Positions 27,819-47,238 of a stretch of 64,000 nucleotides of DNA are shown here, in pieces (the stretch's first letter is position 1; each line of letters starts with the position of its first letter). The DNA comes from the human T2T-CHM13v2.0 reference genome, Homo sapiens. The stretch lies in assembly GCF_009914755.1 (NCBI RefSeq), contig NC_060941.1, one strand, 5' to 3'. The translations under genes and the position numbers were made by a program. Under the pieces are notes generated by a model, which saw only the letters and a list, made by a program, of their open reading frames with translations, was not told the origin of the DNA and did not search any database.

Positions 27819-28476
27819 TTATATGGACTATATATCCCATAACCTTTCTAAACTCCCTTATTAGTTCTAAACTCCCATATTAGCTTTTTTTTTTTTTGGT
27901 ACATGCCTTAGGATTTTCTATGTACAATTATGTCTTCTGTAAATAATAGTTTTATTTCTTCCTTTCAAAAATAAAAATAGAAAGACATCTCTACATTAAC
28001 AAAGGCACCAGAGTATACATTTTCTTTTTCTGTATCCTCAATAGCTTCTAGATAGGCCATGAAGGAGAAACAGTGCTACACAGAGGTCAATTCAGATTAG
28101 GAAAGATAAGATTAAAATTACTTTGATTCAAACACATGAGAACAGTTTAGGAATGACTATGCTTCAACATGTGATTAACAGCCATATATCACTCCTGAGA
28201 TAGGGAGGAACTATGGCAGAGGGAAGCAGGGAAGTGCACACAAGTTTGTTTCCTTGGTTTATCAGCTCCTTATTTGAGCACAGAGTGATTCAACCAGCGA
28301 GCACTGCTTCAACCTGTTTGGTCTTGGTCTATCTAGAAAACTCACTGGCAGACTTGTTTCTATCGCTAACTTACAGTTGGGCTTGAAGCAAGCAAGGGAA
28401 GAGTTCTCAGAATAGTCACGGACTGGCCCAGACAGCCAGCGACTGTCTGAGACCTGCTGGGCCCTAGGGACAATCA

Positions 28477-28832
<356 letters not shown>

Positions 28833-29327
28833 TCAGAAAACAAGAGCTCCAAAACTAGCAAACGAAACACTTTTCATTAGTGCAAAGTGTTAAGGACTTA
28901 AAATATCCTTAAAAAGCTATATCTTCTCTCTCTTTTTTTTCCCATTTCTTTTTAGAGATCGGGCCTCACTCTGTCACCCAGGCTAGGGTGCAGTGGCATA
29001 ATCATAGCCCACTGCGGCCTCGAACTCCTGGAAATATTTGGAACTATAGGCAGGGGCCACCATGCGTGTGTTTTTTTGGGCTTTTTTTTTTTTTTTTTTT
29101 TTTTTTGGTAGAGACAGGGTCTTCCTATGTTGCCCAGGCTGGTTTCAAACTCCTGGTCCCAAGGGATCCTGCCATCTTGGCCTTGGGAGTCCAAGGGATT
29201 ATACGCATATAATCCCAAATCCTGGGATTATACACATGTGCCACTGTGCCCAGCCTCCTGTCTTCAATTAGAGTGTGAAATTACTATTCTGAGAACTTTA
29301 CAGTGTTGATTTTTTTTTTTTTTTTGA

Positions 29328-29510
<183 letters not shown>

Positions 29511-29726
29511 TAGCCAGGATGGTCTCGATCCCCTGACCTCATGATCCGCCTGCCTCAGCCTCCCAAAGTGCTGGGATTACAGGCGTGAGCCACCGCACCC
29601 GGCCTACAGTGTTGATTTAACAAACCAAATGATAGTAGGAAACTAAAATCATGTCAAATGTTAATGCTTAATAACAATATCCTAAATAGTTTTTAATTTA
29701 AAAATTTGCCTAGCACTGTGTTACTA

Positions 29727-30221
<495 letters not shown>

Positions 30222-30331
30222 TCAAAAAATAATAATAATAAAATAAATAATGGAAGATGTAGGAATAAAGGAATAATAACTTAATCCCAGATACTTAAAA
30301 AAATCAATTTACAAAATATAATAACATATTA

Positions 30332-30478
<147 letters not shown>

Positions 30479-30701
30479 TCAAGACCCCGACTCTATTACA
30501 TTTTAAAAAAATATTTTAAGTTTTGGTCAGGCACGGTGTCTCAAGCCTGTAATCCCAGCACTTTGGGAGGCTGAGGCGGGTGGATCACTTGAGGTCAGGA
30601 GTTGGAGACCAGCCTGGCCAACATGGTGAAACGCCCATCTCTACTAAAAAAACAAAAATTAGCCGGGCATGGTTGTAGGCGCCTGTAATCTCAGTTACTC
30701 A

Positions 30702-30806
<105 letters not shown>

Positions 30807-31799
30807 TCAAAAGAAGAAAAAAAAAGGTATTTGTGAAAGCATAGAAGCACAAATGGTTGGAATAGCAGGATCTTTTCTTTTCTTTTCTTTTTTGAGACAG
30901 GGTCTCGCTCTGTCACCCAGGCGGGAGTGCAGCGGCAAGAGCTTAGCTCACTGCAACCTATGCCTCCTGAGTCCAAGCAATCCACCCACTTCAGCCTCCC
31001 GAGTAGCTAAGACTACAGGCACATGACACCATGCCCGGCTAATTTTTGTACTTTATATAGAAGCGGGATTTCACCATTGCCCAGGCTAGTTTCGAACTCC
31101 TGGACTCAAGTGATCTGACCACCTCAGCCTCCCAAAATGCTGGGATTATAGGCGTGAGCCACTGCGCCAGCCCAACAGCAGGATCTTAGAAAGGATCTCT
31201 GACAAAAGGCCCAACATAAATATATAATTGGTTAAATAGAAATCATGTTTAAGAAGGAAAAAAAAATGTGTAATTTTCCTAATAAAAGGAAAATACAGAC
31301 CATGCACATAATACTAATACTATTATTTGTAAATGATTCAAATACATTTTTGAAAAAGAGAAGGATCTGAGTTTCCTCATTCACGATACGGTGAGTTAAA
31401 CTAGACTTGTGTGCTTATAATGGGCCATAGGTGTGCTGGATCGGGACCCTTCCGCTCTGGCTGGAGCCTGCAGGCAGCCCATCCTGCAGCAAGCTGCTTC
31501 TTCCCTTCCCTTTTCTTGGGGTGTTGGATAACTTCTTCATTTTCTATGTGAACCCTCTGCAAGAAAGCCCGGGAAGCCTACTTAAGAAATGAGCTCCAGG
31601 TCCTGCTTAGGTCTAGCATGTGTCACTGTACCTCTAATAAATCATCATGATGCACTGTAGCAACAAGACAAACAGACAGAACCTCCATGTTGCACAAAAG
31701 GTAATGAAAATGACAGAAATGGCCGGGCGCAGTGGGTCACGCCTGTAATCCCAGAACTTTGGGAGGCTGAGGCAGGGAGATCACAAGGTCAGGAAATCA

Positions 31800-32137
<338 letters not shown>

Positions 32138-32140
32138 TCA

Positions 32141-32533
<393 letters not shown>

Positions 32534-33097
32534 TCATGCCTCAGCCTCCCTAGGATTAGAGGTGTGCACCACTATCACCAGCTAATTTTTGTATTTTTAA
32601 TAGAGACAGGATTTCACCATGTTGGCCAGGCTGGTCTCAAACTACTCGAACAAGTAATCTTCCCACCTCGGCCTCCTAAAGTGCCAGGATTACAGGTGTG
32701 AGCCACCTTGCCCGGCCTCAAATTTATGTTTGGAATAAGTTTTCCATTTAAAAGCAACTGTGGGCCGGGTGTGGTAGTTCATGGCTGTAGTCCCAGCACT
32801 TTGGGAGGCCGAGGTTGGCGGATCACCTGAGGTCAGGAGTTTGAGACCAGCTTGGCCAACATGGTGAAACTTCATCTCTACTAAAATACAAAAATTAGCT
32901 GGGTATGGTGGTGCGCACCTGTAATCCCAGCTACTTGGGAGGCTGAGGCAGGAGAATCGCTTGAACCTGGGAGGCATAGCTGAATCCTGAACATGTAACT
33001 TCAATCTGATCAGTTATGTATCTTTTCAATGCTCTTCAATAAAAGAAAGAAAAAGACTCAATTAAGCATATTGTAGAGCAGTGCTTCTTAAACTTGA

Positions 33098-33475
<378 letters not shown>

Positions 33476-33678
33476 TGAGCCACTGCACCTGGCCTTGCTT
33501 TTCCTTTTTTTGAGACAGGGTCTGGCTCTGTCCCCCAGGCTAGAATGCAGTGACGCCATCATGGCTTACTGCAGTCTCAGCCTCCTAGGTTTAAGGGGTC
33601 CTTCCACCTCAGCCTCTGAGTAGCTGGGACTACAGACGTGCACCAACACACCTGGCTGATTTTTTTTTTTTTTGGTAG

Positions 33679-34065
<387 letters not shown>

Positions 34066-34416
34066 TAGATTGTGAGAGTCAAAACCCGGGTTACTAACTG
34101 GCCCTATGACTCTATCAGGTAGAAATGCATTCAACAGAACAACCAATTAACAGTAGCTTAAACAAATAATAGTTTGTTTTTCTCATTTGTTAAATCCAGA
34201 GGTGGGCAGTCCAGGTCTGGGGTGCTTCTTAGAAAGTCAGCAAGAACACGTGGTCTTTCTTTCTTTCTGCTCCACCATCACTAACGTGGCTTTTGCGTTC
34301 ATAGGCACAAGATGGCTGTGGAACCAAGTTCCTAGCAGAAAGAAGGGAGCAGAGACTGGGCATGGTGGCTCACACCTGGAATCCCAGCAGTTTGGGAGAT
34401 GGAGGCAGGATAATTA

Positions 34417-34795
<379 letters not shown>

Positions 34796-35833
34796 TTACC
34801 CAGGAGCCCTGCTCCATGACTTCTGCTTACATCTCGTTGGCCTGAACTGTGGCAAACACAGACCAATCACTGGGCGGCAACTAGGGTGAAAGGGTGAGAC
34901 TTGCTGCTTGACACTGTCTGCCACAGGGACCTCTGATGTAGACACAAAATCTTAAGCCATGCATAGTAGCACGCATTTGTAGTCCCAGCTACTTGGAAGA
35001 CTGAGGCAGGAAGATTGTGTGAGTCCAAGAATTGGAGGCCAGCCTGGGCAACAGAGCGAGACCCTCTCTCTCTGTCTCTCTCTCTTTGAAACAGAGTCTT
35101 GTTTTGTCACCCAGGCTGGTGTGCAGTGGTGCAAAGACTGCAGCCTCGGCCTCCTGGCCTCAAGCGATCCTCCCACTTAGGCCTCCCAAAGTGCTGGGAT
35201 TAGAGGTGTTAGCCACCATGCCCAAGACAAGGTCTTGCTCTGTTGCCCAGGCTGCAGTGTGGTGGGATGATCTCATCTCACTGCAGTGACCCTATCTCTT
35301 AAACAAAAAAATCTTAATATAATTTCAATGCTACAGAAGCTCCCAAAAGTAGGCACGTACCTCAGCTCTGTGACCCTCAGTCTGCTTATCCATAAAATGT
35401 ATGAGATGCATGACTGGCATTTTGCGTAGGACAATTCATCAGCGTGTGGAGCTCTCCTGTGCATCGCAGAGTGTTTAGCCTCTCTAATCTCTAGGTACCA
35501 AATGCCAGTATCACCCACCCACAGCATTGTGATAAAACCAAAGGCCTCTGTGGGTTTGCAAATACCTTCTGGTTGGGTGGGGTATGGGAGGGGACCACCT
35601 TCCTGGGCTGGAAACCACCATACTTTTTTTTTTTTTCTGTCACCCAGGCTGGAGTGCAATAGTGTGATCGTAGTTCACTGCAGCCTCAAACTCCTGGGCT
35701 CAAGCAATCCTCCCACCTCAGCCTTTGGAGTAGCTAGAAGTACAGGCACACAACACCATGCTCATCTAATTTTTAGGTTTTTTTAAGAGACGGCGGTTTC
35801 ATTGTGTTGCCCAGGCTGTAGCCTCTTTTATAA

Positions 35834-36079
<246 letters not shown>

Positions 36080-36082
36080 TGA

Positions 36083-36984
<902 letters not shown>

Positions 36985-37128
36985 TATGTCCATCTGGATG
37001 GTCCTGGCTGGACTGGCAGTTCCCCTTTACCAACACCCTTTACCTCTTCTCTATTTCACTTGCCCACACAGTGGCCAGAGCCCAGCACTTGCCATCCATG
37101 AACTATTCCTTAACCTTAAACTTCACTA

Positions 37129-37407
<279 letters not shown>

Positions 37408-39337
37408 TTAAAAAAAAAAAAAAAAACTTCAGTGGGTCATCCGTGGTTCATCCCTTCCTGCATCTCCACTTTCTCATTCCCTTGGTCTCATTCTTCTTCC
37501 CTGTGTTTATTCACCCTCCTCAGCTATCAGCCCCATTCTAGCTTCACATTCTTCTTCCTGCAGCCTGGATATGCTGATCCATGCTTCTTCCATTCCCCTG
37601 ATCCTCCCCTCATCCTCCTGGGAGAACCCCAGCCCTGGTTCCAGCTGACTTTCTGCCCTCTTATCCCACACTTGGCAGCTGAGCACTGATGGAGGCAGTG
37701 CACACCCAAGCAGGTGGTTGCCATGACAACCCGGTGGTCTCTGGCCACTCCACTCCTGGGCTGGGAGCTCTTCTGGGCTGTCCTTGTCAGTCCTTTCTGT
37801 TTCCTACCTTTATCCTCCTCCCTTCTCATTGTAACTCTCGACAGATAACTTCACTCCTACTTGTAGGTGAAAATAGAAGCCATCAGGCAGAAGCCCCCTC
37901 AACTTCCTGCCCCCCACTCCCACCCCACTGAAACATTTATTTTTATCCACTCTTATTCTTTCCTCCCTTTTATTGTGGGAAAGGTTTCCTTCCTGTACTT
38001 AATCCCTCCACCTGAGCCCTGCATCCCAGTAGTTCAGCCTCCTCAGGGACCTTGGCTCTCAAAATCGCCTCTCTGCCCTTGCAGTATTTTAACATGTTAG
38101 CCTCTCTTCTCTCCTAAAAAGCCAGGTTCCCCAGACACTACAAGTCTCCCTTTCTCTCTTTTCTCTTGGAGCAAGGGTTCCTAACCTTTTTTAACTGTGG
38201 ATTCCTTCGGCAGTCTGGTGGGGGTTTTTTTGTTTTTTTTTTTTGTTTTTTGAGGCGGAGTCTCGCTCTGTCACCCAGGCTGGAGTGCAGTGGCGCAACC
38301 TCTGCCTTCCCGGTTCAAGCAATCCTCCTGCCTCCGCCTCCCAAGTAGCTGGGATTACAGATGCCCACCACCACGCCCAGCTAATTTTTTTGTATTTTTA
38401 GTACAAAAATACCATGTTGGCCAGGCTGGTCTCGAAACTCCTGACCTCAGGTGATCCGCCTGCCTCAGCCTCCCAAAGTGCTGGGATTATAGGCATGGGC
38501 CACCGCCCCGGTGTTTTTTGAATACATAAAATGATACACATAGAATTACCACAGGAACCAATTATATACAATATGTTGTTACAATATTTTTAAGTTGCCT
38601 GAATAATTTTTGACATAGTTATACATTTTCTTTTATTTTGTGTCCTTTATTAATGCATTCAATAACGAGATCTTGAAGTGGGCCTAATAACTTCTGTATT
38701 TAATTTTTTTTTTTAGAGACAAGGTCTCACTCTGTTGCCCAGGCTAGAGTGCAATGGCACGATCATAGCTTACTGTAACTTCAAACTCCTGGGCTCAAGC
38801 AATCCTCCTGCCTTAGCCTCCCAAAGTGCTGGAACTATAGGCATGTGCCACCATGCCTGGCTAATTTTTATTTATTTATTTATTTTTTTGTAGAGAGAGG
38901 GGGTCTGCATGTTGCCCAGGCTGGTCTCAAACTCCTGGGCTCAATTGATCCTCTCACCTTGGCATCCCAAAATGCTGGGATTACAGGTGTGAGCCATCAC
39001 ACCCAGCAATTTCTGTATTTTTAAAATATTGATAATTATAAGCAATATTTTGCTACAGCTGCATCAAAAAACTTTTTTTCACTAGCTGAGCATGGCAGCA
39101 TGTGCCTGTAGTTCCAGCTACTCAGTAGGCTGAGGTGGGAGGATTGCTTGCGCCTGAGAGGTTGAGGTTCCAGTGCATGGTGATTATATCACTGTACTTC
39201 AGCCTGGGCAACAGAGCGAGACCCTGAACCCTCCAAAAAAAAGTGTATACTCACCGACCACTTCCTTATCTTCCACACATCTCAATTTTATGATTTCTCA
39301 AACATCCCTTTGTGCCAACTGTGTATAAGGATAAGCA

Positions 39338-39390
39338 GTGATTGTTTTGGCAGCACATATACTAAAATTGGAATGATACAGAGATTAGCA
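39338..39390 (+). pseudogene. 3'-truncated U6 snRNA retrocopy
   Basis: GGCAGCACATATACTAAAATTGGAAtGATACAGAGATTAGCA matches the U6 5' half; A-rich tail; TSD aaggataag(c/t)a at 39327-39337 and 39420-39430. Confidence 0.9.
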
Positions 39391-39933
39391 AAATTAAATT
39401 AAAAATTCAAAAATACAAAAAGGATAAGTAACCTTTTGCAATCTAGTTTTTACTCCATGGCCCAGGGCCACTAGTCTTCCCAAAGGTTCCAATGGTCCCT
39501 TGAATTTTTTTATTTTATTTTATTTTTTTGAGACAGAGTCTCACTCTGTTGCCCAGGCTGGAGTGCAAGTGCCATTCACTCAGCTCACTGCCACCTCTGC
39601 CTCCCAACCTCAAGCAATTCTCCTCCATCAGCCTTCAAGTAGCTGGGATTACAGGTGCGCACCACCATGCCTGGCTAATTTTTGTATTTTTAGTAGAGAT
39701 GGGGTTTCACCATGTTGGCCAGGCTGGTCTCAAACTCCTGACCTCAAATAGTCCATCCACTTAGGCCTCCCAAAGTGCAGGCTGGGATTACAGGCACGAG
39801 CCACCGTGCCTGGGCCCTTGAATTTAAAGCACATTTTCTGGCCGGGTGTGGTGGCTCACGCCTGTAATCCCAGCGCTTTGGGAGGCTGAGGTGGGTGGAT
39901 CACGAGGTCAGGAGATTTAGACCATCCTGGCTA

Positions 39934-40227
<294 letters not shown>

Positions 40228-40479
40228 TTACCTCACACCACCTCCATCTCCCGGGTTCAAGTGATTCTCCTGCCTCAGCCTCCTGAGTAACTGGGACTAC
40301 AGGTATGCGCCACCATGCCTGGCTAATTTTGTATTTTTAGTAGAGATGGGGGTTTCTCCATGTTGTTTAGGCTGGTCTCGAACTTCTGATCTCAGGTGAT
40401 CCACCCGCTTCAGCCTCCCAAAGTGCTGGGATTACAGGTGTGAGCCACCACGCCTGGCTTTTCTTTTCTTTTTTTTTTT

Positions 40480-40617
40480 AATAGGCATGTTTCAGAGCTC
40501 AGTTTGATTACGTAACATCTAGCATTAGTGACTCCATTCTGGTTTGGTCTGGATCGCTAGGGCCTAGGACAGGAGGCTAGTCTAAAGCAATGGACTCCTG
40601 TAAATTGTATTTAACAG
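40480..40617 (-). mobile_element. 5' fragment of a MER34/MER39-like LTR
   Basis: Minus strand TGTTAAATACAATTTACAGGAGTCCATTG...CCAAACCAGAATGGAGTCACT. Confidence 0.65.
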
Positions 40618-41068
40618 CATGAATAGGATCTTCCACGGAGAATATGTGGTCTGGGAACATCCTAGATTGGAAGAGGACTAGACTACAACCTGACAGTGAA
40701 TGGCAAAGAAAAATGAAGGAGCCAGCAAAAAAAGCAGAAAGAAAACTGGCGTGTGTCAGTATGGTTTCATTGCCTACCCCTTCATTTGGGACAAAGCCTC
40801 GATTTCGTTTTGCATTCCACCCTTCCTCCAAGTGGTTCAGCAATGAGTCCTGATTAATCCAAGCCAATCACTGTTATCACAATTCCCTGCCAGGGACTGA
40901 TTTAGGAAGGGGCATATAATACAATACAGGCCAGTGAGATGTGAGGATAAAGACTTCTGGGGGCTTCTGGGGAAGGTCTCCTCATTGGTTAAAAATAAAG
41001 AGACATATGGGAAAAGACACACTCTCTAGCTGCATTTTTTCATGTTGGGATATAGCATTGGAATGACT

Positions 41069-41579
41069 TGTATTAGGGTTTTCCAGAGAAACAGAACCAG
41101 TAGGTTCTAGATATAGATATACAGATAGATATTTATATATGAGGAGATTTATAGGAATTGGCTCATGTGGTTATAGAGGCCAGGAAGACCCATGATATGC
41201 TCTCTGCAAGCTGGAGAACCTGGAAAGCCAGTGTGTAATTCTGTCTGAGTCCAAACGCCAGGTAATCAGCTGAGGGCCAATGATGTGGGTCCCACTCTGA
41301 GTTTGGAAGCCCAAGTCCGAGGGTAGGAGGAAATGGGTGTCTCAGCGCAAGCAGAGAGAGGGAGTTCACCCTTGCTCGATCCTTTTGTTCTATTCAGGCC
41401 TTTAATGAATTGGGTGATGCCTACCCACACTGGGAGAGCCATCTGCTTCACTCAGTTCATCAGCTCAAATGAGAATCCCTTCCAGAAACACCCTCACAGA
41501 CACAGCCAGAAATAATGTTTTACCGGTTATCTGGGCATCCCTTAGCCCAGTCAAGTAATACACCCAATTAACCATCACA
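41069..41579 (-). mobile_element. MLT2 (ERVL) LTR nested in an older MLT1-like LTR
   Basis: tgtattagggttttccagagaaacagaacc...aattaaccatcaca, typical MLT2 antisense termini. Confidence 0.8.
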
Positions 41580-42218
41580 CACTGCTGCAGTCATCCTCGA
41601 ACAGTGCAGAGAGCACCTTTAGGACAAGCCATCGTCTTCAGGGTGGTAGATCAGAATGGTGGACGGTAGCTGGGAGCAACAGCTCATGCATGTAATCCCA
41701 GCACTTTGGGAGGCCAAGGCAGGCAGATTGCTTGATCCCAGGAGTTCAAGACTAGTCTGGGTGACATGGTGAAACCCTGTCTCTACCAAAAAAAAAAAAA
41801 AACAAAAAAATTAGCTGGGCATGGTGGTGCATGCCTGTACTCCCAGCTACTTGGGAGGCTGAGGCAGGAGGATCATTTGAGCCCAGACGTCGAGGCTGTG
41901 GCGGGCCAAAATCATGCCACTGTACTCCAGCCTGGGTGATAGAGTGAGACCCTATCTCAAAAAAAAAAAAAAAAAAAAAAAAGGTGGAAGGCACCCAAGT
42001 CCCTGATGACACTGCTGAGCCTTCAAATTAATCAGCCCTGAAGCTCTTCAAATGTGAGGTATATTTTTCCTATGGTTCAAGCTACTTGACTTGGATTCTT
42101 TTTTTTTTATTTGCAGCTAAAGGCACAGCCATAGAGAAGAATACTGCAAGAGCCTAGGCGGCAGAAAGCTCCAAAGAGGAAACGAGTTGGCATCTGAGGC
42201 TGCAGGGAAATGGAGTCA

Positions 42219-42392
<174 letters not shown>

Positions 42393-42441
42393 TCAAAAAA
42401 AAAAAAAAAAGAAAGAAAAAAAGGCCAGGCACAGTGGCTCA

Positions 42442-42733
<292 letters not shown>

Positions 42734-42739
42734 TTAAAA

Positions 42740-42913
42740 AACCACACCACGAGATTCACAGCACCCAATCTAAAGAGCTCAGTTTACCTGTTGCCATGAT
42801 AATGAGGCCCCCTCTGTTTCAATCCTGTAAGGAAATCGCTTTGAAACAACCAATCCACTTTTTGTTCTCTGTTTCTGCTTTCCTCAGTCCTTTTCTGTCT
42901 ATAAAACCAATCT
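42740..42913 (+). mobile_element. MER34/MER39-like LTR fragment with CCAAT and TATA
   Basis: ctttgaaacaaCCAATccactttttgttctctgtttctgc...gtcTATAAAacc; reverse complement resembles 52935-53020. Confidence 0.65.
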
Positions 42914-42920
42914 TTTGGAT

Positions 42921-43290
42921 GTTCAGCTGCCTGTTTGGGGTGACGGACTTTCCATCCTAGAACCACGGCCTAATTTGTCCGTAACCTCACAGAGGTGACT
43001 CTGGCGCTAGTGAACAATGCTGCTGTGACTTATGTGAAACCTCAACTGGCCACATTTTGGTACTATGCCAAAGTTGAGCTGGTTCCTCCACCCCTGTTGA
43101 GATCCCTAGAGCTATCCAAAGCCTGGGGGAAAAAAATAAGTCACTAGTGCTCAAACTGGTAGCTTCAAACCGCTCACAGTTAAGGAAGTGGTGCTGAATG
43201 ATTTGGTGGCCACTGAGGTGTGAATGTGGTTTTATGTTGGAGAGATCACAGGCAAGTGTGGCATGATTGGCTATAATATTTGAAGAACAA
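42921..43290 (+). pseudogene. Processed pseudogene of ATP synthase subunit g (ATP5MG/ATP5L)
   Basis: Not in the ORF track. Decayed start ACG (42965), then A*FVRNL...[14 protein letters not shown]...GSFKPLTVKEVVLNDLVATEV*MWFYVGEITGKCGMIGYNI* (TGA 43281); in-frame stops and frameshifts; intronless. Confidence 0.9.
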
Positions 43291-43875
43291 GACTAGTGAA
43301 CAATACAGTCAGGATGGCTAAAGGTGACCCCAAGAAACCAAAGGGCAAGATGTCTGCTTATGCCTTCTTTGTGCAGACGTGCAGAGAAGAACATAAGAAG
43401 AAAAACCCAAAAGTCCCCATCAATTTTGCAGAATTTTCCAAAAAGTGCTCTGAGAGGTGGAAGACAATGTCCAAGAAAGAGAAATCTAAATTCAATGAAC
43501 TGGCAAAGGCGGATAAAGTGCACTATGATCAGGAAATTAAGGATTATGGACCAGCTAAAGGAGGCAAGAAGAAGGATCCTAATGCCCCCAAAAGGCCACC
43601 GTCTGGATTCTTCCTGTTCTGTTCAGAATTCTGCCCCAAGAGCAAATCCACAAACCCCGGCATCCCTATTGGAGACGTGGCAAAAAAGCTGGGTGAGATG
43701 TGGAAGAACTTAAATGACAGTGAAAAGCAGCCTTACATCACTCAGGCGGCAAAGCTGAAGGAAAAGTATGAGAAGGATGTTGCTGTCTATAAGTCGAAAG
43801 GAAAGTCTGATGGCGCAAAGGGTCCTGCTAAAGTTGCCCAGAAAAAGGTGGAAGAGGAAGATGAAGACGAGGAGT
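43291..43875 (+). pseudogene. Processed HMGB3 retrocopy; ORF open from ATG 43314 to 43937; acidic tail truncated
   Basis: [32 protein letters not shown]...[31 protein letters not shown] is HMGB3-type; intronless; HMGB3-like 5'UTR gaacaatacagtcaggATG. Confidence 0.93.
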
Positions 43876-44990
43876 TCTGTATTCTACACTCGGTGCTAAC
43901 TTTTTGGTATGTCTATTGCCTTCACAAAACCATATGACTTTGGTTTGCTATCTCTATTTTCTGAGCTTAAAATAGTGTGCAAGGCCGGGCGTGGTGGCTC
44001 ACACCTGTAATCCCAACACTTTGGGAGGCCGAGGCAGGTGGATTACCTGAGGTCAGGAGTTTGAGACCAGCCTGGCCAACATGGAGAAACCGTGTCTCTA
44101 CTAGAAATACAAAATTAACCGGGCGTTGTGGCTCATGCCTGTAGTCTCAGCTACTGGGGAGGCTGAGGCAGGAGAATCGCTTGAACCTGGGAGGCGGAGG
44201 TTGCAGTGAACCGATCGTGCCGTTGCACTCCAGCCTGGGCAACAAGAGTGAAACTCCGTCTCAAAACAAAACAAAACAAAACAAAACAGTGTGCAAACTT
44301 GCAGATGTACCCACTGAACCTAGAATAAGAGTTGGAAAGAAAAAAATATATATATGGCAAATAAATCTATAAAGAAAAGGGGCCGGGCGCGGTGGCTCAC
44401 ACCGGTAATCCCAGCACTTTGGGAGGCTGAGGTGGGCGGATCACAAGGTTAGGAGACCGAGACCATCCTGGCTAACACGGTGAAACCCCATCTCTACTAA
44501 AAATACAAAAAATTAGCTGGGCGTGGTGGTGGGCGCCTGTAGTTCCAGCTACTTGGGAGGCTGAGGCAGGAGAATGGCGTGAACTGAAGGAGTGGAGTTT
44601 GCAGTGAGCCGACATCGCGCCACTGCACTCCAGCTTGGGCGATAGAGCAAGGCTCCATCTCAAAAAAAAAAAAAAAAACTATCAAGAAAAAAATTCCAGT
44701 GTTCCAGCCTAGTATAGATGCATAATAAAAAAAGAATAATCAAATGATCTACAAACAGGATTACTTTTAGGCTTATTTTCTTTTTCCTGTTCCTTGAGAA
44801 AACAATACAGAAACAGGGCTGGGCGCGGTGGCTCAAGCCTGTAATCCCAGCACTTTGGGAGGCCAAGACGGGCGGATCACAAGGTCAGGAGATCGAGACC
44901 ATCCTGGCTAACACGGTGAAACCCCGTCTCTACTAAAAACACAAAAAATTAGCCAGGCGCGGTGGCAGCGGCTGTAGTCCCAGCTACTCA

Positions 44991-45119
<129 letters not shown>

Positions 45120-45221
45120 CTACAGAAACATCCCATTTTGTTCTATTTCACAACTAAAATATGAATTTAGTACAACTCCCTTCACATAAAGAGCGTCGGC
45201 TCTTTGCCATCATTGTTTTAA

Positions 45222-45433
<212 letters not shown>

Positions 45434-46100
45434 TAGTAGAGATGGGGTTTCACCATGTTGGCCAGACTGGTCTTGAACTCCTAACCTCAGGCAATCTGCC
45501 CGCCTCGGCCTCCCAAAGTGCTGGGATTACAGACGTGAGCCATTGCGCCTGGCCCCCTTTTCTTTATTTCGAAAGTTAAACTTCCCAGGGTCATAAGATT
45601 CCAGTCTCATGACTGGAAGAAGCTCTAATTAGCTGCTCTTCTTCCCAGTCCCTGCCACAGCCTCATTCCGCCACCTCACACTTCTACTTCCTCACCTTGA
45701 CAAGATACCTGTGCTCCTGACATACTGCAGGCTAGGCATTCAGGAAAGGTCAGAATGAAAGTGCATCCCAAAACATGTTTTATTCCACCTGGGATGTCCA
45801 AGAAAGGCTCTGGACATTTAACAAACTTGTTAGTTTACAAATGCTACGTTTATTATCAGAGGCCAACCAAGGCCTCAGACTAAGGAACAGCACATCCCAC
45901 TGCATTATCACAACCAGGACCAGAGAACTTGCAGCCAAGCCAATTAAAGTCAACATTCAACAATCAAGCCATGGGTACATGACCTTGAGGCCCTGGATGT
46001 GAAACCTATGAGAAGGACCATGACCCTGGGCTTTCTGCTGAACCTCATGAAAGTTCGATCTTAAACTGAATCTGTGGGATCATAAGCACTTGGGTGTTCA

Positions 46101-46265
<165 letters not shown>

Positions 46266-46268
46266 CTA

Positions 46269-46517
<249 letters not shown>

Positions 46518-46962
46518 TCAATTGAGCCCAGGACCCAGGAGGTCAAGGCTGCAGTGAGCCATGATTGTGCCAGTGCACTCCAGCCTGGGTGACAGAGCAA
46601 GACCTTGTCTCAAAAAAAAAAAATCTTTCATCTGCAGCAGCAGCCAAGCTATATACTTCAGTTCCGATTGCATCTAGTGATAATAACAGTGGCTAATATT
46701 TGTTAAGTGCTTACTATGAGTCAGTCACTGTGCTAGGTGCTCATGCATCATCTCATTTAACCCATATTGATTGGAAGGCATACCCTGCTAATGACTGGGA
46801 GAGCTACGGTCAGTTCTGCGAGTGCATTTCAATTTCCAACCCATTTCTACAAGACCAGAAAGAGAGGAGCCTCCTGTGTGTTAGAGATGGCTTCTGAGAG
46901 GAAGTGTGCCGTGCAACTCCTCCAACTCAGAGTCATGTTTTCTTTTTTTTTTTTTAATTTGA

Positions 46963-47238
<276 letters not shown>

